DNA of 63,356 nt, the filler included. It is 5 parts of 5 records of this genome, joined end to end, with 100 filler letters (N's around TTAATTAATTAA, not from the genome) between each part and the next. Parts side by side here need not be neighbours in the genome. Positions count along the whole stretch, not along the records: positions 1 to 25,455 come from SRR31156797_1983; 4 more parts are not named here. One strand, written 5' to 3'. The notes under the pieces were generated by a model, which worked only from the letters and a program-made list of their open reading frames with translations, was not told the DNA's origin and ran no database searches. The position numbers and the translations under genes are program-made. Below are positions 1-8,986 of the stretch, one piece after another (positions within the stretch are counted from its first letter, which is position 1; each line of letters starts with the position of its first letter).

Positions 1-63
<63 letters not shown>

Positions 64-70
64 AATCAAT

Positions 71-155
71 GCCGAAGTGGTGGAATTGGCAGACACAAGG
101 GACTTAAAATCCCTCGACATCTAATGTCGTACCGGTTCAAGTCCGGTCTTCGGTA
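71..155 (+). tRNA. tRNA-Leu(TAA), probable island integration target
   Basis: Acceptor stem GCCGAAG/CTTCGGT, anticodon loop CTTAAAA, long variable arm, T-arm CCGGTTCAAGTCCGG; no encoded CCA. Confidence 0.95.
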
Positions 156-162
156 CTCTTAT

Positions 163-195
163 AAGCCTCTGTTAGTCAAATGATTACAGAGGCTT
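163..195 (+). terminator. Hairpin downstream of tRNA-Leu (terminator or att-associated inverted repeat)
   Basis: AAGCCTCTGT...ACAGAGGCTT inverted repeat followed by TT. Confidence 0.7.
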
Positions 196-253
196 TTAAG
201 TATCAAATTAAAGAAATCCATTAGCAAGAAAAGAAGAGTAATCGTGCCAGATA

Positions 254-293
254 TGGACATGTTTGGACAAAAAAGTGGCACAAATCGGGCACA
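254..293. repeat. Putative integrase arm-type sites
   Basis: TGGACA at 254 and 264, GGCACA at 277 and 288, helically phased, between tRNA and integrase 3' end. Confidence 0.55.
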
Positions 294-351
294 TGTTTTT
301 TCAAGAGTCAGTCATAATGGCTTACAGAGAGGTTTGCAGATATCGTTATTG

Positions 352-380
352 AAATAAAAAAAGTCCGGGGTCCCGGACTT
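352..380 (-). terminator. Intrinsic terminator of the integrase
   Basis: AAGTCCGGG-GT-CCCGGACTT hairpin preceded by an A-tract on the plus strand. Confidence 0.75.
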
Positions 381-401
381 TAAAGTTATGTCGATATACG
401 C

Positions 402-1424
402 TTACTTTATACCTAGGTTATTAAGTGAATCAACACCTTCTCTTAGGTTCTTGTCTAAGAGTTCTGCATAGTGTTTTTCAGTAACCAGTACTGTAGAGTG
501 TCCCATTAATTTAGCTACTGTGAAGATACTTATGCCTTGCTGTACGACTAAAGACCCGAAGGTCCTTCTTAGACAGTGAAGATTAGCATCTTTTATGTTA
601 GCTTTTTCATAATATCTTTTAACTCTCCTATAAACCCAATCATAGTCATAATCAAAAGGTATTTTATGTTGCTCTGCGTTCTTACGTCTGTAAAGAATTT
701 CATAAACTACTTCGTCCATAGGAACAGATCTCAGTTTATTCCCTTTGCCTAAAAGGGAAACCTTCTTGTTTGTAAAATCAACATTATCCCAGGTGAAATT
801 ATTTCGGAGAATTTCAAGTCTTCTAGCACCAGTATGGATATACATCAAGACTAGATCCCGGATGTTCTGATTATCAATTACATTAAGTAGTCTTTCAATC
901 TCATTCATCGATAGAAACCTGATATTTTTGGGTGCGACCTTTGGTGCTTTCATGCCTTTCATTGGACTTGATTCTAGGTAGCTATCCTTAACGAAGAAAT
1001 TAAAGAAGGCTCTAAGAGTCCGAAATTCAATACCGAGTGTTGAATCTTTTAGTAGATCGTATTCTTTACGATGTTCCAAATATTTAATTATAGTATCTCG
1101 ATCAATACCTCTTATTCTCCGAATACCTATAAACTTCATGAATGGTTTGTAAACCCTCATTTCGCGCATTTCAGTATCATCAGCTCGATCAGTTTGTGAA
1201 AAATAATACTTGATTGCATCCTTGAATAAGAAATTTTCTCCTACAGTTTTATCAATCCCATAATGGAAGCGAGTTTTTTTGGCTTCAATATCTGCAGCGA
1301 TTACTTCAGCCTCTTTTTTACTGCAATGGATAACTTTCCGTTTTCGTTTTCCATTTAGATCACTATATGAAATAATCCATCCATCTTTATTTTTCCCTCT
1401 ATTATTTGCCTTAATTTTAGCCAT
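402..1424 (-). CDS. Tyrosine integrase
   Basis: TGARRLE (R), GKGNK (K), HCLRRT (HxxR), MGHS, KHY (Y); N-terminal arm-binding-like segment; adjacent to tRNA. Confidence 0.95.
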   Translation of the reverse strand: MAKIKANNRGKNKDGWIISYSDLNGKRKRKVIHCSKKEAEVIAADIEAKKTRFHYGIDKTVGENFLFKDAIKYYFSQTDRADDTEMREMRVYKPFMKFIGIRRIRGIDRDTIIKYLEHRKEYDLLKDSTLGIEFRTLRAFFNFFVKDSYLESSPMKGMKAPKVAPKNIRFLSMNEIERLLNVIDNQNIRDLVLMYIHTGARRLEILRNNFTWDNVDFTNKKVSLLGKGNKLRSVPMDEVVYEILYRRKNAEQHKIPFDYDYDWVYRRVKRYYEKANIKDANLHCLRRTFGSLVVQQGISIFTVAKLMGHSTVLVTEKHYAELLDKNLREGVDSLNNLGIK

Positions 1425-1434
1425 ATTATTTCTC

Positions 1435-1620
1435 CTATCGAATACTGTGTGTTATTTGCTTTACCGGCCTAACAAGCGATTCAACTTCTCTTTTAAGAAG
1501 CCTGGCACTTCTACTAACATAGAATATTTGCAGATCATTTTCGTATACAAGTCGTTTCAATGTGCGAACTGATATATCCAACAATTCCGCGGCCCGCTTG
1601 TAGCTGTAAAGCTGCTCCAT
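1435..1620 (-). CDS. Excisionase-like HTH protein
   Basis: 61 aa, YSYKRAAELLDISVRTLKRLV HTH, directly upstream of the integrase. Confidence 0.85.
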   Translation of the reverse strand: MEQLYSYKRAAELLDISVRTLKRLVYENDLQIFYVSRSARLLKREVESLVRPVKQITHSIR

Positions 1621-1625
1621 TATTC

Positions 1626-1940
1626 TTATACCCTAAAAGATCCCAACATGAGTAAAAACTCAACAAGCGAATCAGCGAACTGCTCGAGTTTGGATCCAGG
1701 AAGAAATACGACTCTACTTTGAGGTATATCAAAGATTGTTTGAATCTCAGCCGGAGCAGGGGAGTCTTCACAAATAGCATACATGTGAAGTAATATTATA
1801 CTATCCTGGTCCTTGGCCAGGATAACGAGACTGTCGATATCATCGTTATAGAAGATCTCATACTTGTTTTGAAGTATTGGTGCATCCATGTAATGCATGA
1901 TGTCCAAAACGGCGTCTGTTCTATTTATTTGCTTTTTCAT
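1626..1940 (-). CDS. Hypothetical protein
   Basis: ORF with AAGGA RBS before ATG at 1940, in the xis-int operon. Confidence 0.7.
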   Translation of the reverse strand: MKKQINRTDAVLDIMHYMDAPILQNKYEIFYNDDIDSLVILAKDQDSIILLHMYAICEDSPAPAEIQTIFDIPQSRVVFLPGSKLEQFADSLVEFLLMLGSFRV

Positions 1941-2006
1941 TATATTATCCTTTGCTAATATTAAAGGGATGGGCACCCGGGTAAGGGCGCCCTATGTAGG
2001 AGAAAA

Positions 2007-2330
2007 TTATAAATATTTCTCATATTTTGATAGATCGAAATCCTTGTGATCAAGCTTTCTCTCGTGTTCAACAGCTGGAGAAGCAAATAACAAATACATT
2101 ATCTCTTCATCAAGCACCCACAGATCCAAATCAAGCCTGTGTGCTTTTGCGTAAGCTTCATTTTTCTCTTTATCATTTGCCACACATCCCGTAATAATTG
2201 AGCATTGCTTTTTCAATTCATTAGTAAGATAATCGTGGCGTGCATCTAAACGTTTAAGAGTTTCTCTTACAATTTTATCAACGTTAACACCATGATCTGT
2301 TGATCCATCATATTCTTGTATTTTATCCAT
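2007..2330 (-). CDS. Hypothetical helical protein (YDGSxDHGV motif)
   Basis: 107-aa ORF with RBS; shares motif with neighbour 2401-2853. Confidence 0.75.
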   Translation of the reverse strand: MDKIQEYDGSTDHGVNVDKIVRETLKRLDARHDYLTNELKKQCSIITGCVANDKEKNEAYAKAHRLDLDLWVLDEEIMYLLFASPAVEHERKLDHKDFDLSKYEKYL

Positions 2331-2400
2331 ATTATTTTCCTTTTACTTTTAATAGTAAGAAGAGAGCACTCAGTAAAGAATGCTCTCTTCTGCTGGGGGC

Positions 2401-2853
2401 CTATATTGTAAAATCTACTTTTTTGGCCCGGTTAAAGTTCAGAACAACATCCTGCTCTTTTTCTTCCAGTTCAGGGATCCTGGCATTAAGAGCTTCCGAT
2501 ACAGATTGAAGCTTTGTCAACTGTGTGTTGATCTTTTCAGCTTCTTTAGCTGCCGGAATACGATCGCTCATCGAGAGTTCTTTTTTTTCCGTAATGGAAG
2601 CGAACTTCTCATACTGAGCATTTAGAAAAGTCTGACGTAATTGAAGACGTGCTTTTGCATTTTTTGCAGCTTCAATTGTTACAAGCTTAGCAGGTACAAC
2701 ACCATGGTCTTTAGAACCATCGTACGGATTGCGTGTACCTTTCTTCTCTTTACCTGTATCAGGGTTAGAGGGTTGTGAGTTCTGGTCTTGGCTGCCTTCG
2801 GGAGCTACCGTTGCTTCTTTGCGAAGCTCTTGGTCATTAGATTGTGAATACAT
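2401..2853 (-). CDS. Hypothetical coiled-coil protein (YDGSxDHGV motif)
   Basis: 150-aa ORF with GAGGAG RBS, low-complexity N-terminus then heptad-rich helices. Confidence 0.75.
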   Translation of the reverse strand: MYSQSNDQELRKEATVAPEGSQDQNSQPSNPDTGKEKKGTRNPYDGSKDHGVVPAKLVTIEAAKNAKARLQLRQTFLNAQYEKFASITEKKELSMSDRIPAAKEAEKINTQLTKLQSVSEALNARIPELEEKEQDVVLNFNRAKKVDFTI

Positions 2854-2930
2854 CGTATTCTCCTCTGTTAGTGTTAAGCAGTTTTAGTTGCCATAACTTT
2901 TTCTGCCTCACCCTAATAGCAGCATTTAAA

Positions 2931-3057
2931 TTTTCACAAATTACATAAAACTTTTCACAAGTTAGAAAAAGCCTTTATTTATGCGGGTAAAAAATGAATA
3001 AAAAAAATAAGCCCCGTAATATTACGGGACTTATTTATGATTTGTGAAAAGTTTTAT
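2931..3057. promoter_or_regulatory. Three TTTTCACAA boxes including a perfect 16-bp inverted repeat, upstream of the xis-int operon
   Basis: TTTTCACAA at 2931 and 2952; ATAAAACTTTTCACAA (2945-2960) is the exact reverse complement of 3042-3057. Confidence 0.6.
3005..3036 (-). terminator. Intrinsic terminator after the 626-aa gene
   Basis: AAATAAGCCCCGTAAT/ATTACGGGACTTATTT near-palindrome with flanking A-tract. Confidence 0.7.
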
Positions 3058-4934
3058 TTATCTAATTTCCAGGATTCTGAACCATTTTCTGGAGTATATT
3101 GATATACTCCTTCTTTGTAATCAACAAAAGATCTCCAATATCGAATGAAACTATTTAATCCTTGATTTTGTATACTTTCAAGACAGTCATCAATACTATG
3201 ATATATTGTTGTTCTAACATTATTATATTCCTTAGTGTGTTCGCCCCAGCCTTTATTTAGTTTTAGTGCAATTTGATTATTGAATTTACTTATTGTACTA
3301 ATTTCTATTTTGTTACTCTGTATTCTAGTCTTTTTATCTTCAATTTTCTTCTCAATTTCAATCATATTGTTTTTGGCTGTTTCTACGAGAGTATGTGCTT
3401 TCATCTTTTGTGTTACAGTATTTAATTTACCCGACTCTCTTTTCATTTGTTCGTCTAATTTTAAGTTTTTCCATTTGCTCTTGCTGACTTCTAATTCTGG
3501 AGTTAATTTTTTCACTTCATCATTGAGATCATTGTTGCTTTTTTTAAGTTTCTCGATTACTTCTCTATATTCATTAAGATATGTTTCCAGATCGCTCCTT
3601 GAAAATTCCTCAAGGCTATTAGAATTTAATGGAATACCATTATTGTGTTCTTCTTCTACTTCAAAATCAAGATTCCCAATATCACTAAGAGATGATGATG
3701 GATAGATTAGTTTGTATAATTCATCAAAATTAATTGGTTTATCTGGATTGGATAAAATATGGTGAATATATTTTAAACCATGTTTTTCTCTAAAATTTCT
3801 CATTTTACCGTCAAATTGAATTGTCCAAATTTTATCTCCACTACGATAGAAAACTTTACTATACTCATAATCAGGGGCCGGGGGGATCGGGGGTTTAGAA
3901 TCAGGTTGTTTAGGAGTATCAGCCGGTTGATCCGGTTTTGGAGGAGTTGGTCCTGGTTCTTGTTTAGGAATACTTTGATGTTGTTCTAGAACAGATGGAG
4001 CTGGAGGTGAAATTTTATTTTTTACATTTACATAATTATTTATTGGAGTTTTATGATTTAATTGAATGTTATGTTGGGTATTATTCTCAAGATTAACTGC
4101 AATATTTATTGCTTGCGGTGGCTTCTGGTCTTTTTCATTCGATGACGAAGGTGAGATAATAGGTTCTTTCGCTTTATTTTTATCTAAAGAAACTATGTCC
4201 TTTGGTTTTGATATCTTTTGCTTTACCGTTTCTTGTAGGTCAAAATTCTCTTTAACAAATTTATCTAAATAATGTCGATTAAAATGTTTTACTGCCTTCC
4301 AGGTAGATGGAGTTTCTTTTTGCCCATACACAACGGCTTTCTTATAACCAAAACCAACAAATATTTCATCATTACTGAATAATTCTTCAATTTTATCTAA
4401 TTGATTTTCAGTAGCGGGATTATAATGCGGCCCACCAGTAAAAATTAAGACTGATTTTTGTGAACTATAATTATTATTAAAAAAATCTTCCGAAAATATA
4501 TACGTTGAAGAAATATTGTACTCATTAGCTAATTTATCTTTGATTTCGTTTGTTGCTCTCCTATCTCTTTCATTTACCACAAAAACTACTTTGTTTGCTT
4601 TCATTTCAGGTGGAATATCATTTAAAAGTATAGGAATATCCTTGTCAATACATTCTGAAAGATAATTCTTAAGTCTTTTTAGATCTTCTCTATCGCAGTC
4701 ATATGCTAATTCACCTGCATAAATTCGATAATAATCATCCATCTTCTCAATCTTGAGAACGCCCCATTTTTGTCTATTAAAAAATAAATGGTCAGTATCT
4801 CCTGATACCAGTTCTTTAAGTTTTCCTTGGAATAGAGGGACGTCACAATAATCAATCGCTATTGATTCTGTACCACTGCTATTCCAAATACATAGATCAT
4901 TTTCATTATCAAAATTGAATTTTAAAGGTATCAT
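3054..4934 (-). CDS. Multidomain protein: unknown N-terminus, Pro-rich linker, C-terminal putative winged-helix/coiled-coil DNA-binding module
   Basis: FYRSGDKIWTIQFDG...KHGLKYIHHILSNP and NVRTTIYHSI...YQYTP resemble C-terminal modules of large ATPase-type regulators (recognition from memory). Confidence 0.6.
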   Translation of the reverse strand: MIPLKFNFDNENDLCIWNSSGTESIAIDYCDVPLFQGKLKELVSGDTDHLFFNRQKWGVLKIEKMDDYYRIYAGELAYDCDREDLKRLKNYLSECIDKDIPILLNDIPPEMKANKVVFVVNERDRRATNEIKDKLANEYNISSTYIFSEDFFNNNYSSQKSVLIFTGGPHYNPATENQLDKIEELFSNDEIFVGFGYKKAVVYGQKETPSTWKAVKHFNRHYLDKFVKENFDLQETVKQKISKPKDIVSLDKNKAKEPIISPSSSNEKDQKPPQAINIAVNLENNTQHNIQLNHKTPINNYVNVKNKISPPAPSVLEQHQSIPKQEPGPTPPKPDQPADTPKQPDSKPPIPPAPDYEYSKVFYRSGDKIWTIQFDGKMRNFREKHGLKYIHHILSNPDKPINFDELYKLIYPSSSLSDIGNLDFEVEEEHNNGIPLNSNSLEEFSRSDLETYLNEYREVIEKLKKSNNDLNDEVKKLTPELEVSKSKWKNLKLDEQMKRESGKLNTVTQKMKAHTLVETAKNNMIEIEKKIEDKKTRIQSNKIEISTISKFNNQIALKLNKGWGEHTKEYNNVRTTIYHSIDDCLESIQNQGLNSFIRYWRSFVDYKEGVYQYTPENGSESWKLDK

Positions 4935-4972
4935 GGCACATCCTGATGAGTATTTAGTCAGTAAAATTTGCG

Positions 4973-5269
4973 TTATTTATTGATTAAACGCTCAACAAGC
5001 TCAGTGATTACTTGTTGATCTTCGGATGACAAATTTGAAATATCACTAAATAGTTTATTATCGAGCATATGACCATCACCGGTCAACAACCAATTAATAT
5101 TATAATTCATTTTGGCAAGCTTCACTAAAACAGAACCAGGTATTGAGAGATCACCGTTTTCATATCTTTTATAAGTACTAATAGAAACACCCAACTCAGA
5201 AGCCATTTCTAGCTGAGTATTGCCCAGATCTTTGCGAATTAATTCTAAACCAGTCGCAAGATAGTTCAT
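4973..5269 (-). CDS. XRE-family HTH repressor
   Basis: IRKDLGNTQLEMASELGVSISTYKRYENG HTH and NINWLLTGDG motif of CI-like repressors. Confidence 0.9.
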   Translation of the reverse strand: MNYLATGLELIRKDLGNTQLEMASELGVSISTYKRYENGDLSIPGSVLVKLAKMNYNINWLLTGDGHMLDNKLFSDISNLSSEDQQVITELVERLINK

Positions 5270-5315
5270 ATATAATCCTTTATAGCTTGACAATAGTCCA
5301 TATATAAACTATTTT
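5261..5315 (+). promoter_or_regulatory. Rightward sigma70-type promoter with repressor operators
   Basis: TTGACA(5287)-17-TATTTT(5310); near-palindrome ATAGTCCATA/TATAAACTAT spans the spacer; second copy ATAGTTCATATATAA over the repressor start codon. Confidence 0.6.
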
Positions 5316-5537
5316 TATTAACCCAATAGACAAACGGCCAAGAATGGTATTCTCATACTTGAACCGTAAGGGGATTATTATGTTATTTGGATCTCAACAA
5401 AAAGCAGATTCCACCAAACTGAACCGCTTTTCATTAATTAATACTTCAAAAAGTACAGCTATAAGCGGTCAACCGCAAGTGTTATTCGCAAGATTACATA
5501 CTATCATGAATCATATTACGATACAGTAAACATAGGA

Positions 5538-6905
5538 ATGAAGATGTCAAAAATATGTTATATGTGCTCAAAATCGTTAAATAATTCTAAAACAACAACC
5601 CACAAGGGAGAGTTGATATGTGAAGATTGTGTACTCAAACTTAAGAACTCCACAGCATTGAAAACAATAAGATCAAGAGAATTGAAGGAAATTGGAAAAT
5701 CGAAAGTTACACTTGAGATGATTAGATTAAAAGAAATTGAAGAGGGTGGAACATCCGATATTATTCAGGAAGTATTTGAATCAGGAGGAAAGTTATCCAA
5801 AAATAATAAGACAATATTTATTAAGAATGTTCTTGAGAAGCTAATAATACTCGTAGTATTAGCCTTAATTATAGGTGTATTTTTTCTAATTGGGAGTAAG
5901 AAAAGCAATAAAGTGACTTCCCCCACCGAGTTGAGAGAAATGATAATTGAGAATATGGGAAAAGATATAAATCACGATGACCTCACTAATGAAATTAATT
6001 ATCTCAATTTGGCACACTACGGAAATGATGTAATATTCTCATTCATTGAGTTACTTGATCATGATGAATTAAACCCAGATATCAAAAATGTACTAATAAA
6101 GAAAATATATTCTAGAGCTTCGATAATAAAATTAGCTTCTTTAAACTCTGAGCAAATTGTAGTTGTATTAGATAATGCTGATAATCTAAGAGATTATACT
6201 GCAAGAATACTATTTAATAACTATCTACAGTCAAATTACAGTGTGTCGAAAATAAAGCCATTACTATCCTATTATAATATGATAAATAATAACAAATTTA
6301 CAGATTGCAAAATTGCCACAGCCTTATTATTGAAAGATCTTTTTTATGGGAATGATAACTATATGCCTGATGATGCAGAAGATTTAGAAAAATTCGCTAA
6401 TAGTTTTATAAGTTTTCAAAGGAAGTATCCGGCAATCTTTGAGGAGGAATCAAATATATATGAGGCTTGTGTACAACTTGATTCTCTTATTTCTGAATCC
6501 CAATGTGAGTTATACGTAATGAGTGATTTCCCAACGAATTATCAGGTATCTCAAGCAAAAGCAAAATACCAAAATGAATATGATAAATATGTTTTGGCAA
6601 GAAGGGAATATGATAATTATTTAAGATCACTTCCACATTATAAGACATCAAAAGAAGAATATAAATTAGATGAATTGTTAAGAAAATCAAATAGTGCGCA
6701 TAATGATTATACAAAGAGTTTGAATAATTATAATAGAATGAGAGAACTTAATACAGAATACTCTGAGAAACTCAAAAAAAATAAAGTTATTCGCATGAAC
6801 AATGAAATCGCTAAGAAAGAAGTATATATAGGAATTGAAAATGATTTATTGGACCAATTTAATGAAATACTAGCCTTTATAAAAGATATCAACATGGATT
6901 TATAG
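5538..6905 (+). CDS. Hypothetical single-pass membrane protein with N-terminal Zn finger and C-terminal coiled coil
   Basis: CYMC...CEDC, hydrophobic LIILVVLALIIGVFFLIG, heptad-rich C-terminus. Confidence 0.75.
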   Translation: MKMSKICYMCSKSLNNSKTTTHKGELICEDCVLKLKNSTALKTIRSRELKEIGKSKVTLEMIRLKEIEEGGTSDIIQEVFESGGKLSKNNKTIFIKNVLEKLIILVVLALIIGVFFLIGSKKSNKVTSPTELREMIIENMGKDINHDDLTNEINYLNLAHYGNDVIFSFIELLDHDELNPDIKNVLIKKIYSRASIIKLASLNSEQIVVVLDNADNLRDYTARILFNNYLQSNYSVSKIKPLLSYYNMINNNKFTDCKIATALLLKDLFYGNDNYMPDDAEDLEKFANSFISFQRKYPAIFEEESNIYEACVQLDSLISESQCELYVMSDFPTNYQVSQAKAKYQNEYDKYVLARREYDNYLRSLPHYKTSKEEYKLDELLRKSNSAHNDYTKSLNNYNRMRELNTEYSEKLKKNKVIRMNNEIAKKEVYIGIENDLLDQFNEILAFIKDINMDL

Positions 6906-7016
6906 ATTTTACCAGAAATCATAGTTTATATAGCGAGTTTAGTATAAAATCTCATTCTTTGTAATCCAACAGCACGGGTAAAACTGCCACTAACGAGTAA
7001 GTTAAACTTGTAAGCT

Positions 7017-7041
7017 AAAAAGAGAGCTAACTGCTCTCTTT
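7017..7041 (-). terminator. Terminator after the short recombinase
   Basis: AAAGAGAGC-TAACT-GCTCTCTTT hairpin at the stop codon. Confidence 0.7.
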
Positions 7042-7636
7042 ATAATTTCTCTACAGCTTCTTCTAAATCCTCATCTACGACATCTGCATAAACAGCAGTA
7101 ATTGAAGGACTGCTATGTCCTAACTGTTTCTGGACCATACGTAGATTATATTCCGAAGATCTATAAAGCATCGTTGCATATGTGTGTCTTAAGGAGTGGA
7201 TGCTGTATCGCTCTGAAAGACCGGCCTTTTTAGCATACTTCTTAAAGATCCTTTGAATAGCAGATGTGGTCATCTTTTCCTGGCGTTCAGAATAGAACAG
7301 GTAAGGGGAGTCCTTATCTCGATAATCTAGAAAACTCTGGATAGTATTCTTAAGATTGTTCGAAAATCTTACGCTTCTTAGCTTCCCTCCTTTGCCGCTT
7401 CTAACGATTAAAGCATTTTGACCCTTCTTAAGGTTAAGATCATCGAGCTTAAGATTAGCGATCTCTGAGACGCGTAAGCCGGTGTTCAAAGCGACTGATA
7501 AGATACAGTGATCTCTAACCGCTAGTTGTCTGCCTTTGCGTTTTGCATAAAGCATAGCTTTATCGATTGTTTCGCGAAATTGTTTTACTTCTTGGTCATC
7601 CAAGAACTTCTCGTGAGTCATTGCCCATTTAGTCAT
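7040..7636 (-). CDS. Short tyrosine recombinase (catalytic domain only; resolvase/invertase-like)
   Basis: TGLRVSE, GKGGK, HSLRH, LGHS, TAVY all intact in 198 aa; no N-terminal core-binding domain. Confidence 0.92.
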   Translation of the reverse strand: MTKWAMTHEKFLDDQEVKQFRETIDKAMLYAKRKGRQLAVRDHCILSVALNTGLRVSEIANLKLDDLNLKKGQNALIVRSGKGGKLRSVRFSNNLKNTIQSFLDYRDKDSPYLFYSERQEKMTTSAIQRIFKKYAKKAGLSERYSIHSLRHTYATMLYRSSEYNLRMVQKQLGHSSPSITAVYADVVDEDLEEAVEKL

Positions 7637-7660
7637 AGTTAATCCTTTCGGTTTATACTT

Positions 7661-7689
7661 TTCTTATGCCAGGTTTTGTGGCATAAGAA
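7661..7689. promoter_or_regulatory. Perfect 11-7-11 palindrome; candidate recombination site or operator
   Basis: TTCTTATGCCA-GGTTTTG-TGGCATAAGAA between the divergent recombinase and DUF932 genes. Confidence 0.65.
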
Positions 7690-7723
7690 TTACAGTAAAC
7701 AATGTTTAATAAAGGAGATAATT

Positions 7724-8440
7724 ATGTCCGGAACACTTTCAGGGCAAAAGGTGGATTATGATGCATTAAAAATGATCGATCCTCCGATCCCAACAAAGAG
7801 CTATACACCAGTATTGCACCATGAACTGGCAGATATGGTTCGTCAAATTGGATCTGAAGTTTTGCACAACTTCACATTCCACAAAGGTGAATATGCTCTA
7901 GCCAGAAATGGTGCACAATTATTTGGCGTCTTGTCATATAAAAATAGTTCAGATGAGATGGGTCTGTCTATTGGTTTCCGTAATAGCTATGACAAATCGC
8001 TTTCTGTTGGAGTTGCTTTAGGAGCCAGCGTATTTGTATGTGATAACCTGGTCTTTAGCGGTGAAATTACCACGTTCAGAAAGCATACATCTAATGTGCA
8101 AACGGACCTGCGTAAGATGATCCTGGATGTTGTGTTCTCTCAAAAAGAGAATTATAACAAGCTCACCTTAGATGCAAAACATATGCAAAGCTTGGATGTC
8201 ACCGATGATACTGCTTTCAGGCTAATGGGCCTACTCTTTGGTAAGGGTATTTTAACCACGAGACAATTGCCGGTCGTTAAGAAGGAATGGCTAGAACCAT
8301 CACACGATGACTTTTCAGAACGGAATTTGTGGTCATTCTACAATGCTTGCACTGAAGCCCTTAAGAGTACTCCTCCGGCAATGATTATGGAACGCCACAC
8401 TCAACTTCATAACGTATTCTTTTCAGGAGGTGTAGCATGA
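7724..8440 (+). CDS. DUF932-family protein
   Basis: YTPVLH, GAQLFGV, GFRNSYDKS...GASVFVCDNL, NLWSFYNACTE; AAGGAG RBS before ATG 7724. Confidence 0.85.
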   Translation: MSGTLSGQKVDYDALKMIDPPIPTKSYTPVLHHELADMVRQIGSEVLHNFTFHKGEYALARNGAQLFGVLSYKNSSDEMGLSIGFRNSYDKSLSVGVALGASVFVCDNLVFSGEITTFRKHTSNVQTDLRKMILDVVFSQKENYNKLTLDAKHMQSLDVTDDTAFRLMGLLFGKGILTTRQLPVVKKEWLEPSHDDFSERNLWSFYNACTEALKSTPPAMIMERHTQLHNVFFSGGVA

Positions 8441-8889
8441 GTGAAATGACAAGGATCCCCGAAATTAAAGTAAGCTTTAAAGGTGGTAAGGAAGAGGCAC
8501 ATAAGATATCCTGTAGTAAGGACGCTTATGAAGTCGGTAGACGACTCTTTAATGCTGATACGATACAGTACCAGGAAGAGTTTATTGTCGTGTATTTAAA
8601 TACACAGCATAAAACAATCGGCTATTATAAAGCTGGATTAGGTGGTATTGAAGCTTGCATTGTAGATCCGAGGATAATCCTTGGGATAGCATTAAAAGTC
8701 CCCTGCACGGCTATGGTCATTTTTCACAACCATCCATCAGGTAACCTTAATGTAAGCCGGCAAGATCGCGAAATAACTCGAAAGCTAGTGCAAGCTGGAG
8801 AAATCCTCGATATAAATGTGCTAGATCATATCATCATAGGTGATGGAGAGTATCACAGCTTTGCTGATGCCGGAGAGATGGAATTTTAA
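8437..8889 (+). CDS. RadC-like JAB-domain protein
   Basis: QEEF...HNHPSGNLNVSRQD...VLDHIII JAMM motif; ATGA overlap with DUF932 gene. Confidence 0.92.
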   Translation: MSEMTRIPEIKVSFKGGKEEAHKISCSKDAYEVGRRLFNADTIQYQEEFIVVYLNTQHKTIGYYKAGLGGIEACIVDPRIILGIALKVPCTAMVIFHNHPSGNLNVSRQDREITRKLVQAGEILDINVLDHIIIGDGEYHSFADAGEMEF

Positions 8890-8910
8890 CCTTAGAAAGG
8901 AGACTCTATT

Positions 8911-8982
8911 ATGAATTGGTTAAGAGCTGCAATAGCAATTGCCATAATTATTGTAGAAGAAGTCTCAAAGAAAGGAAAGTAA
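8911..8982 (+). CDS. Small ORF, 23 aa (MNWLRAAIAIAIIIVEEVSKKGK)
   Basis: AAAGGAG RBS and ATG; fills an operon gap; not in the ORF track. Confidence 0.55.
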   Translation: MNWLRAAIAIAIIIVEEVSKKGK

Positions 8983-8986
8983 GAAA

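Noticed and set aside
6991-7004. TAAC-N6-GTTA downstream of the short recombinase
   Set aside because: Only 4-bp arms, expected by chance; the palindrome at 7661 is far stronger.
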